Both the position numbers and the translations under genes were made by a program. Under the pieces are notes generated by a model. It saw only the letters and a list, made by a program, of their open reading frames with translations. It had not been told where the DNA came from and made no database searches. From contig OZ287750.1 in assembly GCA_965649765.1 (NCBI GenBank), positions 69,564,001 through 69,628,000 of the forward strand: a DNA stretch of 64,000 nt, given 5' to 3'. Below are positions 27,584 to 38,679 of the stretch, piece by piece (the first letter of the stretch is position 1; every line of letters starts with the position of its first letter). Origin of the DNA: Bispira polyomma (Eukaryota).

Positions 27584-28215
27584 ATGGAACTATCAGCACT
27601 AGAGACGAGCATCCATGAGTTTTCGGCATCTGGGTCACAAGAAGGATCCTCTCAACCTATCAGACCTACCAACTCAACCTCAACCTCAGACAGTAGAGCT
27701 ACAGGAAAACAATTAAAGAACTTTCCATGTGATGCAGTGGGTTGCAGCTACAGTAGTAAATGTTTATCTTCTTTGAAGAGACATACAATGCGCATGCATC
27801 AAGTAAGAAGATTTTCATGTGACCAATGTGCCAGTAAATTTGCTCTTAAAAGTGAACTCGGAAGACATTTAGCGTGTGTGCATGGGCCCCCTCTGCGATA
27901 AACAATTTAATCATAAAGATGACTATTGTGCACACATCAACAAGCACATGAATATGAGAACGTACAGCTGTAGCAATTGTTCCAGCAAGTTTCGTACACG
28001 CTCCAGCAAGCACATTCATCAAAAACGATGCCTTGCTAGTTTGTCTGTTTCCTATGTGTGGAATGTGCAAACTGACATTCAAGACAAAGGCAGATTTGGA
28101 TCAGCACAAGCAAAAACACAGTGTAACAAAGCATGACAGTGAAAAGTGTGGGAAAAGTTACAAATGGAGGAACAATTTGTTTGCACACAGTAAGAACTGT
28201 ACAGGAAGGTCATAG
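27584..28215 (+). pseudogene. Transposon-borne C2H2 zinc-finger gene (about 6 fingers, 2 frameshifts)
   Basis: Fingers FPCDAVGC..H....H, FSCDQC..H....H, CDKQF..H...H, YSCSNC..H...C, CGMC..H...H and KCGKSY..H...C lie across three consecutive frames. A splice acceptor ttattcAG is at 27581 just before the ATG, and a candidate donor cag|GTAAGA is at 26416. Confidence 0.85.
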
Positions 28216-28359
28216 ACAAATTTTTAAACTGTACGAGGAGTAGTTAATCTCCAGGTTTCATTTATTACTCTCTTTTAGTAATGTCTAAGTAAATACTGAA
28301 TAGACAGTGAATTTATCTTGTGTGTGCATTTTTTTATAAAGATTGTTTGATCTGAGATT

Positions 28360-29200
28360 TTACTGTTATTGTTGTGTTTACAGTTTTATTTTGCATTTTA
28401 TTGTAATTGTTGTCTTACTTGCAATATCAATACACACTATTGTAATCATATACAATTGTTTGATATACATTTGTTTATCCTCACATATACTTTCACTTTT
28501 TGGAAATTATTATTTTTAGGTAAAGAACACATAATGTTTTATTTTGTGTTTTATTGTAATTGTATGTCATTTTTTTTCTATTATCAATATACATTACTGT
28601 AATTGTATATAATTTTTTTCTATTATCAATATACATTACTGTAATTGTATGTCATTTTTTTCTGTTATCAATATACATTACTGTAATTGTACGTAATTTT
28701 TTTTCTAATATCTATATACATTACTGTAGTCATATACAATTGTTTATACATACATTTGTTGATCAACACATCTAGTTTTTTTCTTTTGTGATCATGTAAA
28801 AGGTAGTTATTTTAGGTAAATACAGTTCAAAACTAAGGTTTAATTTTATATATACTGTAATTGTTGGACATTATTGTTTATTACCCATATACATTATTAT
28901 AGTAATATACAAATTTGTTGATATACTTTTTGTTTATCTGCACTTATACATTTTTCTTTGGTCTACATGTCAAATGTGATTTTGAAAGGAACACATTAAA
29001 ATTAAGTTTTCATTTTGCATTTAACTGTAATTGTAAGTGTTTTTTCTATAAGCATTATTCATTACTGTAGTGCTATATAATTTTGTCTGTGCAGATTTGT
29101 TTGTCTACACATTTACTTTTTATCTCTTGTAATTTTGTAAAACTTGCATATATTTTAGTAAAGAACCCATCAAAAATAAAGTTATTTTGTTTTAATCTTA
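28360..29200. repeat. Degenerate AT-rich tandem repeats between the convergent genes
   Basis: ~43-bp units ttttttctattatcaatatacattactgtaattgtat, about 4 copies at 28550-28740, nested in longer imperfect repeats. Confidence 0.8.
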
Positions 29201-29727
29201 TTATTTTAGTAACTTGGATGTCAACTTTAAAGGAGATGCGTGACATTACAATATTCCTGTAAACACATAGCAGCCTTATATAATAAATGGTTTAGGGGAG
29301 TTTATTGCCTGGTGACCTATATTTCTTGTGGTCCAAGTGATTCTCTACAATAATAGATTGGAATTTTATAATTGTTATGTCTCACTAATGTGGTTTAGAA
29401 TCTTGTTTGTTCTTTCATGTCAGAAAGTTTGTCACTGTGGTTTACAGTGTTTTAGCATTGGTTTCTTTCAACCTTTAATTCGGCCACCGTGATATGAACT
29501 AAACTTTTGAAAATATATAGCATAAAACCAACTAAATTCTGATAGTTGTTATAAGATTTGCACCAGAGCACTGGAAGATTTGATATAAATTTCTTAATAA
29601 TAAACTAAAAAAAATTTCATAATTTTATGTTACTTTTATCCTAACATTTTCTATGCTGTTGAGCTTTGCATGCTTTCCACCTGAACCATTAATAGAGAAA
29701 AAATACCATCTATGGCATGTTATATAG

Positions 29728-32700
29728 TCAATTGTCTTCGATGTGTAGTCCTGTTAGCCTCTTTAACAAAGGAATTTTGCTTTCATCTAATTTGTAAAAC
29801 TGTCTCACAGGACGTGCTCTCTTTGCAGGTTCACTAACATCAGACAACTGCCCTCTTTTTCTCTTCTGTTTCCCACGTTTTCGACTAGGATAATAAAACT
29901 AATCATCACTGAAATGAAAAAAAAAGAAATTGTTTTATGAATAAACAAATCAGTTACTTAAAAAATGTGCACGTAGAACAAAGATAATAGTTACAAAAAT
30001 TATCAAATATGTACTCACTAGGCCATTAATGATTGTAGCTGTGTCACCTCTGGCTGCCCATTCCAAATTTCTTCATTTTGTTTGTAGAAGGTTCCTGATT
30101 ATCCTGTATACTTGGAACATCATGTTGTGGAAAGGCCTTCTTTTTCATTGTGATAAAAGCAAAGCCTCTAAAAAGGGATAAATTTCTTCATACTTTTTTT
30201 GAGTTATCATACTATTAAAATTAATACGATACATTTTGCATGATTACAAATAGGAATATACCGATTTATATGTTTTAGCAATTTAAATTTACTTTTATGC
30301 CAGAAAATTATGTATGAGTTACCCATTCGGTATGCGAATTGAATTTTAGCCTTTACAATGTTCAATTTTGACCATTTTTACATTTGACCTTGTTTTCATA
30401 TAAAGTGTCTTAAGTCCTTGTATGATAATTTTATATTTGTCATCTTTTACATACAAAAATGTGACCTTGAAGCTCTCCAAGGTGATGACAGATACTTCTA
30501 GGCCCTGACGTTATATCATGCTCATTATTAGTGTGTCACAATATTACAAGTTAAAGTTTATCTTAAGATTACATGTTTGAATCCATTTTTGTAGCCAGCA
30601 AATCACAAGCTGTAAAAAAACGGAAACTTCTGTAGGTTTCAAAATGTCACTGCCAGCAGAGTCCAAACTGCCAAGTGCCCTGGCATTGTAATGATTACCT
30701 GGAACCATTGCATACAGCTGCAGTCTTCGCTCAATGCCTGTTAGGAGACCTTCATATTCAACAAGTGATATATCCTTTACAAACAGGCCTGGGGGTGGAA
30801 AGATTGAAAAGTCAACATCCTTTAACAGCCATTCTCTGAGAGTTAGCAATTTATGTATCCGTTCTATTGCTGAAATACCAGGTTGATCAACAGCTTCATG
30901 ATAACCACGTATACAACTGCAAAATTTAGCCTCACTAATATCACCATTCTTTCTCATCTTTAACTTCAGCAGAAAAGGTCTTCAGTGCATATGCTGATGA
31001 TTGCCTGTCAATTATATCTTCCACCATTGGTAAACTAAGATCTGTTTTATTTTCTGGATCCATTGCGATTTTATGCCAAGCTTCTTTTTTAATACCAGAC
31101 TTAACAATTTCAGATTTGTAAACCTTGTATCGGCAATTTGTGATTTGATGATGGGGATCCAAGATGTCGAAATGATATTGTCCTATTTCCTTTATGAACT
31201 GTGGCTGTGAATACCATTCAATGGAATCGTTAATAGCCATAATGTCCATCTTATCATGAAAGGGTCCCGTTGATTTCCACTCTGCAAGTTTATCTGGCCA
31301 TATAACCTTTGCATAGATAGAATTGGTGTCTTCCTTTGACAAATGTTTCAACTGGGCTATGTAAACCAAACTAACATCAGTAATTTTGTTGCTTTCCTTC
31401 TGAGGTTTCTTGAGAGTGGTTGCTTCTAGGGATGACCCATCACCACACACTTGGGACAACAGGTTTACAAATAACTGTTTTGACAAACATTTAGAAATCT
31501 TGACTTTATTGGCTTTAAGTATGTCAATTACTGGTTCTATCATAGTTTTTATGTCTTTCACTGTGAAACTTGAATTCAATGTATGTGCATTTGATAACTG
31601 TTGACTGAACTCCGCCAAAGATGTTGATTGCCACTTTTCACAAACTCTTGGCGATTCACTACTTTTCAATACTTTAAGCATGTCTTCTTTACTTGAATCA
31701 TTGAGACAAAATTAATGCTCTTTTACTAAGGCTGGAGGTGCTAATTCCACACTTGTGGATACTTCAACTTCAGCAATGGGACTGTCTGTAACATTGTAAA
31801 ATATCATTTCAAATGTGTCTGTTAAAAATGCTTCATCTTGAGACATAAATAACCATACATCGTTTGGTGTATCCATAGTCACATTGGTAAGGGTTTCTCT
31901 TGCCACCTGTAAATTGACATCTTTGATAACTTGTAGAACATCAAGGTCCAATTCTTGACCTTACACATCACTTCTTGACTGTTAATAACATAATCCTGAA
32001 AATTCTCTTCTGTAGTGGTTTGAACATTATCAAGATGAGATCTTGGTTTGCCATGTGCCTGTTTCGTTTTGTGAAGTCTTTGTAAAATATCTCTTACAAT
32101 TGAATTTCTCCAAAATGTCTCTGTTGCAGGTTTAAGACTTCCAATGTAATATATTGTATCACCGCCATCGCATATTGCTTCTTTAATTTGTACATTAGCA
32201 CCATTATGCACGTTCATACTGCCTGGGAGTAATTGAATTATCTGCTATAGCTTTTTGTTAATTGTGGATTTCTGCATTTTTTAACCAATGTAAAGACCTC
32301 TTTTTGTAACTGTAGCATTGTTAGAGGATTTCCATCAGTATCTCTAATAGCTAATGAAGCCCACTGCCCATCATATGATGAAACAGGCAAATAAATGCCT
32401 TTGTTATGCAGTGCCAAAATCATGCATTTTACGTAAAACCTTTGCTTGTAAGCTGTAACCTTTTAATGCATAGCCAACTGGTAAAGCATGAGCCTGCTCT
32501 GCCTGATAGTGGCGGTACACATCACTTACAACCCAAACTAAAACCTCAGTGCACATGTTTTTGGTTCTTTCATTAGCTTCTTTATTTGCCTATTTGGTGG
32601 TAAAGTAAGCATTACCGAGGGATTCAACTTTTGTTTTAGTTGCCAATGTTACATCATTACTGCCATGGTCATGAAAATCTGGTAACCCTGTTAGTACATC

Positions 32701-35232
32701 TGTGTTATGCTTACAGCTTTGGGCTTTCAAAGGCTTTACTTCAGCTACCAGCTGTGTATTTTCAGCAATGAATAGCTTCATTTGGTCTTTCAGGATTTCT
32801 GTACTTGGATCTCTTTTTCCTGGTCTTCTTGGTTTGTCACCGTTGTAGAGATGTACACATAGAGCTAATATTATAAGCCACAGTGATTCATCATGTTTTA
32901 CTTTAAAAATGGTGGATGATTCATGATTCCAACAAATAAATATCAGTACGTGAGTATCTAGCACAACCATTTCAGAAAGTACTTGTGGAACATAACGTAA
33001 TGGAAATTCATAGAATACATCTGTGGTGAAGATCTTACCAGGCATAGGACACTTGAATTCTAGTCCAAGTTGTACTGGCCCATATGGTGATGTTCTGACA
33101 CTACCATCTGGGCTTACCATATAAAAAGGTTTATCTCCAATCATCAATTCATAAAAGCTGTCTTCAACAAAAGATAGCTTTGGATAAAGGGCTGGTAGAA
33201 CTTTACCCACTAATGTAGCAACTGCATTGATTTTATTGTCTGTCACATGTTTAAATAATCTTTGGGTTTCATCATCTACTAGTTTCTCTTCCCTTCTAAA
33301 TATAACTTTGTGCAAATGTTCTTGCTGTTTATTTAGTGTGTCTAATCCCATAGCTACATAAGCTGAGCTTCCAGTAACTTTAAATTATTTTCTCCTAACA
33401 AACCATTCTTTCGATTTTTGCTTCAGAAATCGAGTATGTAAATTCAAAGGATGTTCCTTCAAGCAAAAATAATTGAATTGTTTCTGTAAATTTAACACAT
33501 CACATTTGCAAAATCTGCTGTCACCATTCATTGAAGCGAGACAGCACATAATATCATCTGAGCATTGCAAAAGTTGTTTCACACAATGGTCTATTTGCAA
33601 AACCGAAGTGTGCAAAGCGCTTACAATTAAAGCATATTTGGATTTTCTCCAGTCAACTCCACCTAACTTTTTAAATTTTTCCTTTGCCATGTTTTACTTT
33701 ACTTTATGTTTTCTTAGTTCACATTGTGTCTTTGCAATAATTTTCAACTGACCTTGGTCATTGACTTTTTTTTACATTTTTCACCTGCTGACAACTCATA
33801 AAGGTAATTTTATCAATAATCAAACCTTCCAACCAGTTGATGTCCTTGTTTAATGATCCTAACTCTTCATCTAAACGATCATACTTTTCCCTCAGGGTAG
33901 GTTGGCCTTCAAAGCCAAAAAGATTGATCTCTGAATCTTTACCTGTGCCCCTGTGGTTTAGCTTTTTACCTAAAATATACATAGTGTATTAATTGAATAC
34001 CATAAAGTATTATGTCAAGGTAAATCTCTAAAACCTATATCGCATGCAAAGAATATATAACATGATCAAGGCGTTTTGGTTATGAATACCTTCTAAAAAT
34101 CAGAGGTTAAAGACGTCCATCTTACTGTACATGGCCACTTTTGGTCGATCATTAATGGGTAATAATTTGGAAATATATGTCAGCAAAATAGAAAATATAC
34201 CACACATACAAAATATGGTATCATTTAAACATATCTTTTATGCAAGTTGAAAAAAAATATTGTTTACTGAAAAATGCCATATCATATCAACACATACTTT
34301 GCGTACTTTCTGGAAACATGTTAACAAAGGTGGTAATATTATTAAATTTGAATCTTCTATAAAGTTTTTACCATCAACACAGATCTTGTGTGGCTTGTTT
34401 GGTCCAATTCGTGCTAATATTTCGACCATTGGCTTTAAAATTTCAGGGTTCACATCTTTACTCTGTAGAATCTCTGTACTTTTGTTATCATCATAGAGGA
34501 GGCTTAATGATGGAACAGCAAAATTTATGTGTGCACTAGATGGATGAAGACTGTCTGTTTTTTTCATCATTTAGTGATAGCTTTTCTACAAGCAGACCTA
34601 AATGTTTATAGCCTGTCAAAAAATTTGCCAAAACGTTTGGCTACAGGATTGTACCTCATCTGTCTGGTAGTGTCACAGGAAAAAAACTCCACTACATCCC
34701 AAAATAAAACCAAAGCAATGTTATCTAAAGGTATTTCTTTGTTTGCAAGAAGTTGTAAAAACTTAACAAAAGTAGAATTTTGGTTGTCTTCTTGTAAATA
34801 ATGCAATACATCTGGCATTAGTCCTATTATATCTTTCATTAAGCATTCATTAGATGTCATATCAACTTCTGATATTGCATCTCGCAGTTGTTCTGTCCTT
34901 CTGTTTGGATCATCGTTGAAAAGGCTTCTTTTGGAAGACTTAGAATTTTGTTCAATATGCATTTTCTTTGGTGCTGGACTTTTTGAAGATGTGACATTGG
35001 ATACAGTTATAGTTCGGGCATTCTGGTCAACCATAATAGTTTCAACGTCTAATTCTTTTGGTGTTATATTTATAACTTTTGACACTAATAATACTTTTGC
35101 AGTATTTGGGCAAATAGTTTTTTCCCTGTATTTTATTGGTAGGTCATTGTGGATCTTTAGCTAATGTTCTATCACAATTGTGAAAGATTCTTGAAAAGAA
35201 CAATATCCACACAGACAGAGTTCCCAATCCAT
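29728..35232 (-). pseudogene. P-element-like DDE transposase with embedded YqaJ/lambda-exonuclease domain (~1,500 aa, 4 inferred exons, multiple stops and frameshifts)
   Basis: Motif order: N-terminal CGYC..H....H finger; INFAVPS; KICVDG|KK across GT-AG intron 34371..33970; YqaJ domain; CTEVLVWVV...LPVGY; SSYDGQ; LDPHHQITNCR (DxxH); DRQSSAYALKTFSAEV; EAKFC; YNARALGSLD; basic C-terminal exon RKRGKQKRKR. Confidence 0.75.
32870..33425 (-). other. YqaJ/lambda-exonuclease-like PD-(D/E)xK domain within the transposase
   Basis: KQKSKEWFVRRK*FKVTGSS, SPDG, EFKCP, YVPQVLSEM, FICW and VKHDESLW are the family motifs in canonical order. Confidence 0.88.
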
Positions 35233-38200
35233 CACTGCATCTATACATAAAACATTATGACAAAAATGTTCACCAAGTTATTCCATAGCAAATTTACAAA
35301 TTTAAATTATAGCATTCATTAAAATTATATCATATAATTTCATTCCTTCAATTTTGACCTTCCGTAACTACACTTCTTAAAATTAATTTTGTAAGGCTTT
35401 TTTCAAAGTATTCACGGACAAGGTATAGCACTATTCCTGGTAAAGTTATGGTAATTTATCAAGGTATTCTTGGTAAAGGTATTTCACGGAGGAACTAAAT
35501 TGTTATATAATTATTAATACTGATAAACAAGAGCAATACAAAAAACATCAAACAAATGTGTTACCAATATCTTAAGATCTATGTAATAAAAATGTACAAA
35601 AGTCGATAATTTCCATGTATAAACAATGAAAACGTGATAATCCACTGTTTGTCTTAAACCTTTACCGAGAATACACAGGAAGTATTCCGCGTTTATGTGA
35701 CGATTGACGACTGTGCTTCAGAAGATGTCTTGCAGAAGGCTTATCAATATTTAATCCTGTTAATATGGATAGTGCCCATTTCAGTATAAAATATATCATT
35801 GGAACCATGATATATAACCAAATTGGATAAATGATACAAACAGAGGTCTCAAACCCATGTTTTAATGTGAAGTTTTATTATTTCCATATTTAAGGAAAAC
35901 ATACTTAAGAATAATTAGCAACTAAAACGTGTTTCAATGACCTCTAATTGATGATGTAAATATAATAAGATATTTTTTAATGTTATTTTTATTCTAAATA
36001 GCGCGCTGCAATCTTAGAAATAGTATGTAAGCTTTCATTGATTAGTTGGAAGGAATTAGATTTTGCTGAGTGTGCAGCCATCTTGGAAATAATATGTAAG
36101 GCCTTCATGGAGTGGTTCAAAGCAATTGACTCGTCCAAACTGAGAGGTGTCAGATATGCTTGAGTATATACTGACTATATCAACATTAGTATATTTCACA
36201 CTTTGTGCCTGTGTCTTTTTTGAAAGACAACTCTGGTTATTAAATTGTTATGCATTGACAATTTTGATGAGATCACAGTTCTATTTGACCTTAACCATAT
36301 CTTAACCTAACATAACTCTAACAATATTCCCCAATTATGGCTTACCTTAGACCTCTAAGGTAACCTTTTATTTATATCTTTCTTTTTTAACCAGTCTGGA
36401 TATAATTAGTATATAAAACATATATTTTCCCAACCACTAGTCTCTCTCACACTTTCACTCACACCAAACTCTCAAGGCACGATGTACCCTAGTTCAGTTT
36501 TGGTTGACATTCTTTCAACACGTTTGTGTCATATTGCGACAGGCAGTTCAGTGGAAACCAGAACAAGGTAGTTGGTCTTGGTTTACTACTGTGTTATGAC
36601 AGCAAGTGTACTGCCAACATTGCTCTGACTATCACAGAGGTAGGAGGTGAGTTTGTTACTACTGCAACACAGAGGCCCCCAAAACACTGGCTCTAATAAG
36701 AATGAGAATATATGTCTGTAGTCCATAGGACTACAAGCAAGGACATAAGTTTGAGCATTCACAATTTAGTAAATCTAAACTGTCGTATGTTTAAATTGTA
36801 GTGTCTACAGCCTATTATACATCTGTGTACAATAGAAGGATGTGTCACAAATTATTAAAAAAGCATGCAGCGTTTACTGTAACATATTATTTTTTTTTAT
36901 TTTTGTAAGAGACTCTATTCTGAAATATAGTTAACTGGAACTACTTTGTTTATTCCCAGAATCTAAGTGACAAAGTTGAGGGATTATTTTTGGTTACAAA
37001 AAGATAGATGCAAAGTTGTAGTTGTAATTTAGTTTCTCTCGGTCTTGTGTGTGTTTGATAACACACAGTGTTGTTATAATTGTATGCAAAGTTTTCTTAA
37101 CATAGTATTTGCCTGCATTCTGCAATCCCAATTTTACACAGGTACAGTAATTATCATTTTACCAGACTGAAGACAGGGTCTTGCATAAGACGACTTATCA
37201 GTGAAGACCACTTATCAGGTTTAAAGAAGACCACTTATCAAAGTTATTTATTCTGCTACTTGTGATAGGACCCTATGGCAGAAGAAAGCCATTTTAAGTA
37301 TAAATCAGAGCCTCTATTTTAAGTCTGGAGAGAAGCCAGGTCTCTGGCATTCCTGTGGTTTACCTACTGGGCCAGAGTGGCATAAAACTAGACATTTACT
37401 GCTTTACTTACAACTATTAAAATAAGTAGTTTATCATTAAAAGGTCACTTAGTCTGAATAGCCATCTAAAATTGTTGTTATCATTGTCTGATTAGATTTA
37501 TCAATATATTGCTTGTCAGTGCCGCTTCAACTTCATTACCTTTTTGTGTTATTTTATGACAGTTTCTAGACAGTTTCTAACATTGTAATGGGACCAAGTC
37601 TTTTCGCCATGTTGAACATCTATAATCAAGAAGATCAAATTACATGGTATAGATTTTGTTTTTCATGGCTCTGCTGAATATTGGGTACACTGCCTGACAA
37701 TTCATGTATGTTCATTAGTTTTAATCAAATATAGTTCTGCTGACTAATCATAATCATTTTTATTAATGCTGATAAATCTGGAACATAATTAGTTAGTAGG
37801 TGTATTAAAGGTGTATTGTGATATATAATGGGTTTTATGTTACCACCATCCTCTATACCTATATCTGTTTCACATTTACTGGTAATTTATTAATACCTTT
37901 TAACCAAAACAACATAGGGGAGGGGTTAATTTAAACAGTGAAGGGGTAACCGAAAATCAATTTTTAAGCTACCCTGTGAGGTAATCTTCAATTGTTGGGG
38001 TAACTTAAACTTGGCGGTAGGGTGTGGTGAAGTATAATTTTAACTTTTAACACTAATTGTCAAAAAGAGAGAATTATTATTATACTGCATAACCTTGTGC
38101 AAAACCAAATACACTGTTTTATCCATGCAAGGGGTACTTATCTCAAAACCTTAAAGTTTATTCTGTAGGTGTGATGAAATGAGGGCTAATTTGGGGAAAA

Positions 38201-38239
38201 CGAAGGATATGGACCCAACAAACAAAGGTTAAATTTTAG

Positions 38240-38640
38240 TTTGTTACATCAATGATTATGTTCACGTTATCCCTAAACATAAAGTGCAAGACAGTTTAGA
38301 CAAATTAGTGGCATTATTAGAGGACACTGCTCTTCCTGTTAACAATGACAAAATCACACCTTCCACCACAAATATTACCTATTTGGGAATTGACATCAAT
38401 ATTGATAAAGGCACCATTTTTATTAACCCAGTGTCTGGGAATTTGCCAAAAGAAATTTATTTTCAAGAACAAATTTCAGTCAGTTTTAGGAATATTGATA
38501 TCCATTCATAAAATGTGAAGCCAGCTTGCATATCTATTAATCGTCTACTGCCATAATTTTGACAAAATTATGCCACCCAGCACTTTAAGATAACACCATT
38601 TTTACTGTGTTACAAAGACATTGTTTAACATGGTTACAGG
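38240..38640 (+). mobile_element. Tyrosine-recombinase retrotransposon RT C-terminal fragment
   Basis: CYINDYV...LPVNNDKITPSTTNITYLGIDINIDKGTI matches CYIDDYI...LPINPEKIAPPSTQVTFLGIDINIDEGTI at 41990-42440. Confidence 0.8.
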
Positions 38641-38679
38641 GAATTGGAAGAACATCATTCCAGATGCTCTTTCTAAAAT

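Larger units (their letters stand above)
26322..35715. mobile_element. 9.4-kb cut-and-paste DNA transposon: 55-bp TIRs, 5-bp TSD, two convergent genes
   Basis: Left TIR 26322..26376 (catagtcgtcaatcgtcgcataaacgcagaatacttcctgtgtatttccggaaaa) matches the reverse complement of 35661..35715 at 49/55. CTTCA lies at both 26317..26321 and 35716..35720. Confidence 0.93.

Noticed and set aside
32590-33351. Endogenous virus or prophage because of the YqaJ 'viral recombinase' domain
   Set aside because: No capsid, polymerase or packaging genes. The domain is in frame within an intron-containing transposase bounded by TIRs and a TSD.
26322-35715. ProtoRAG/RAG1-RAG2 transposon
   Set aside because: The 5-bp TSD, CACAGT end and tail-to-tail genes are suggestive. 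However, there is no kelch/PHD RAG2-like gene, the TIRs are symmetric, the nonamer-like acataaacg sits after a 10-nt spacer, and the C-terminal motifs are P-like.
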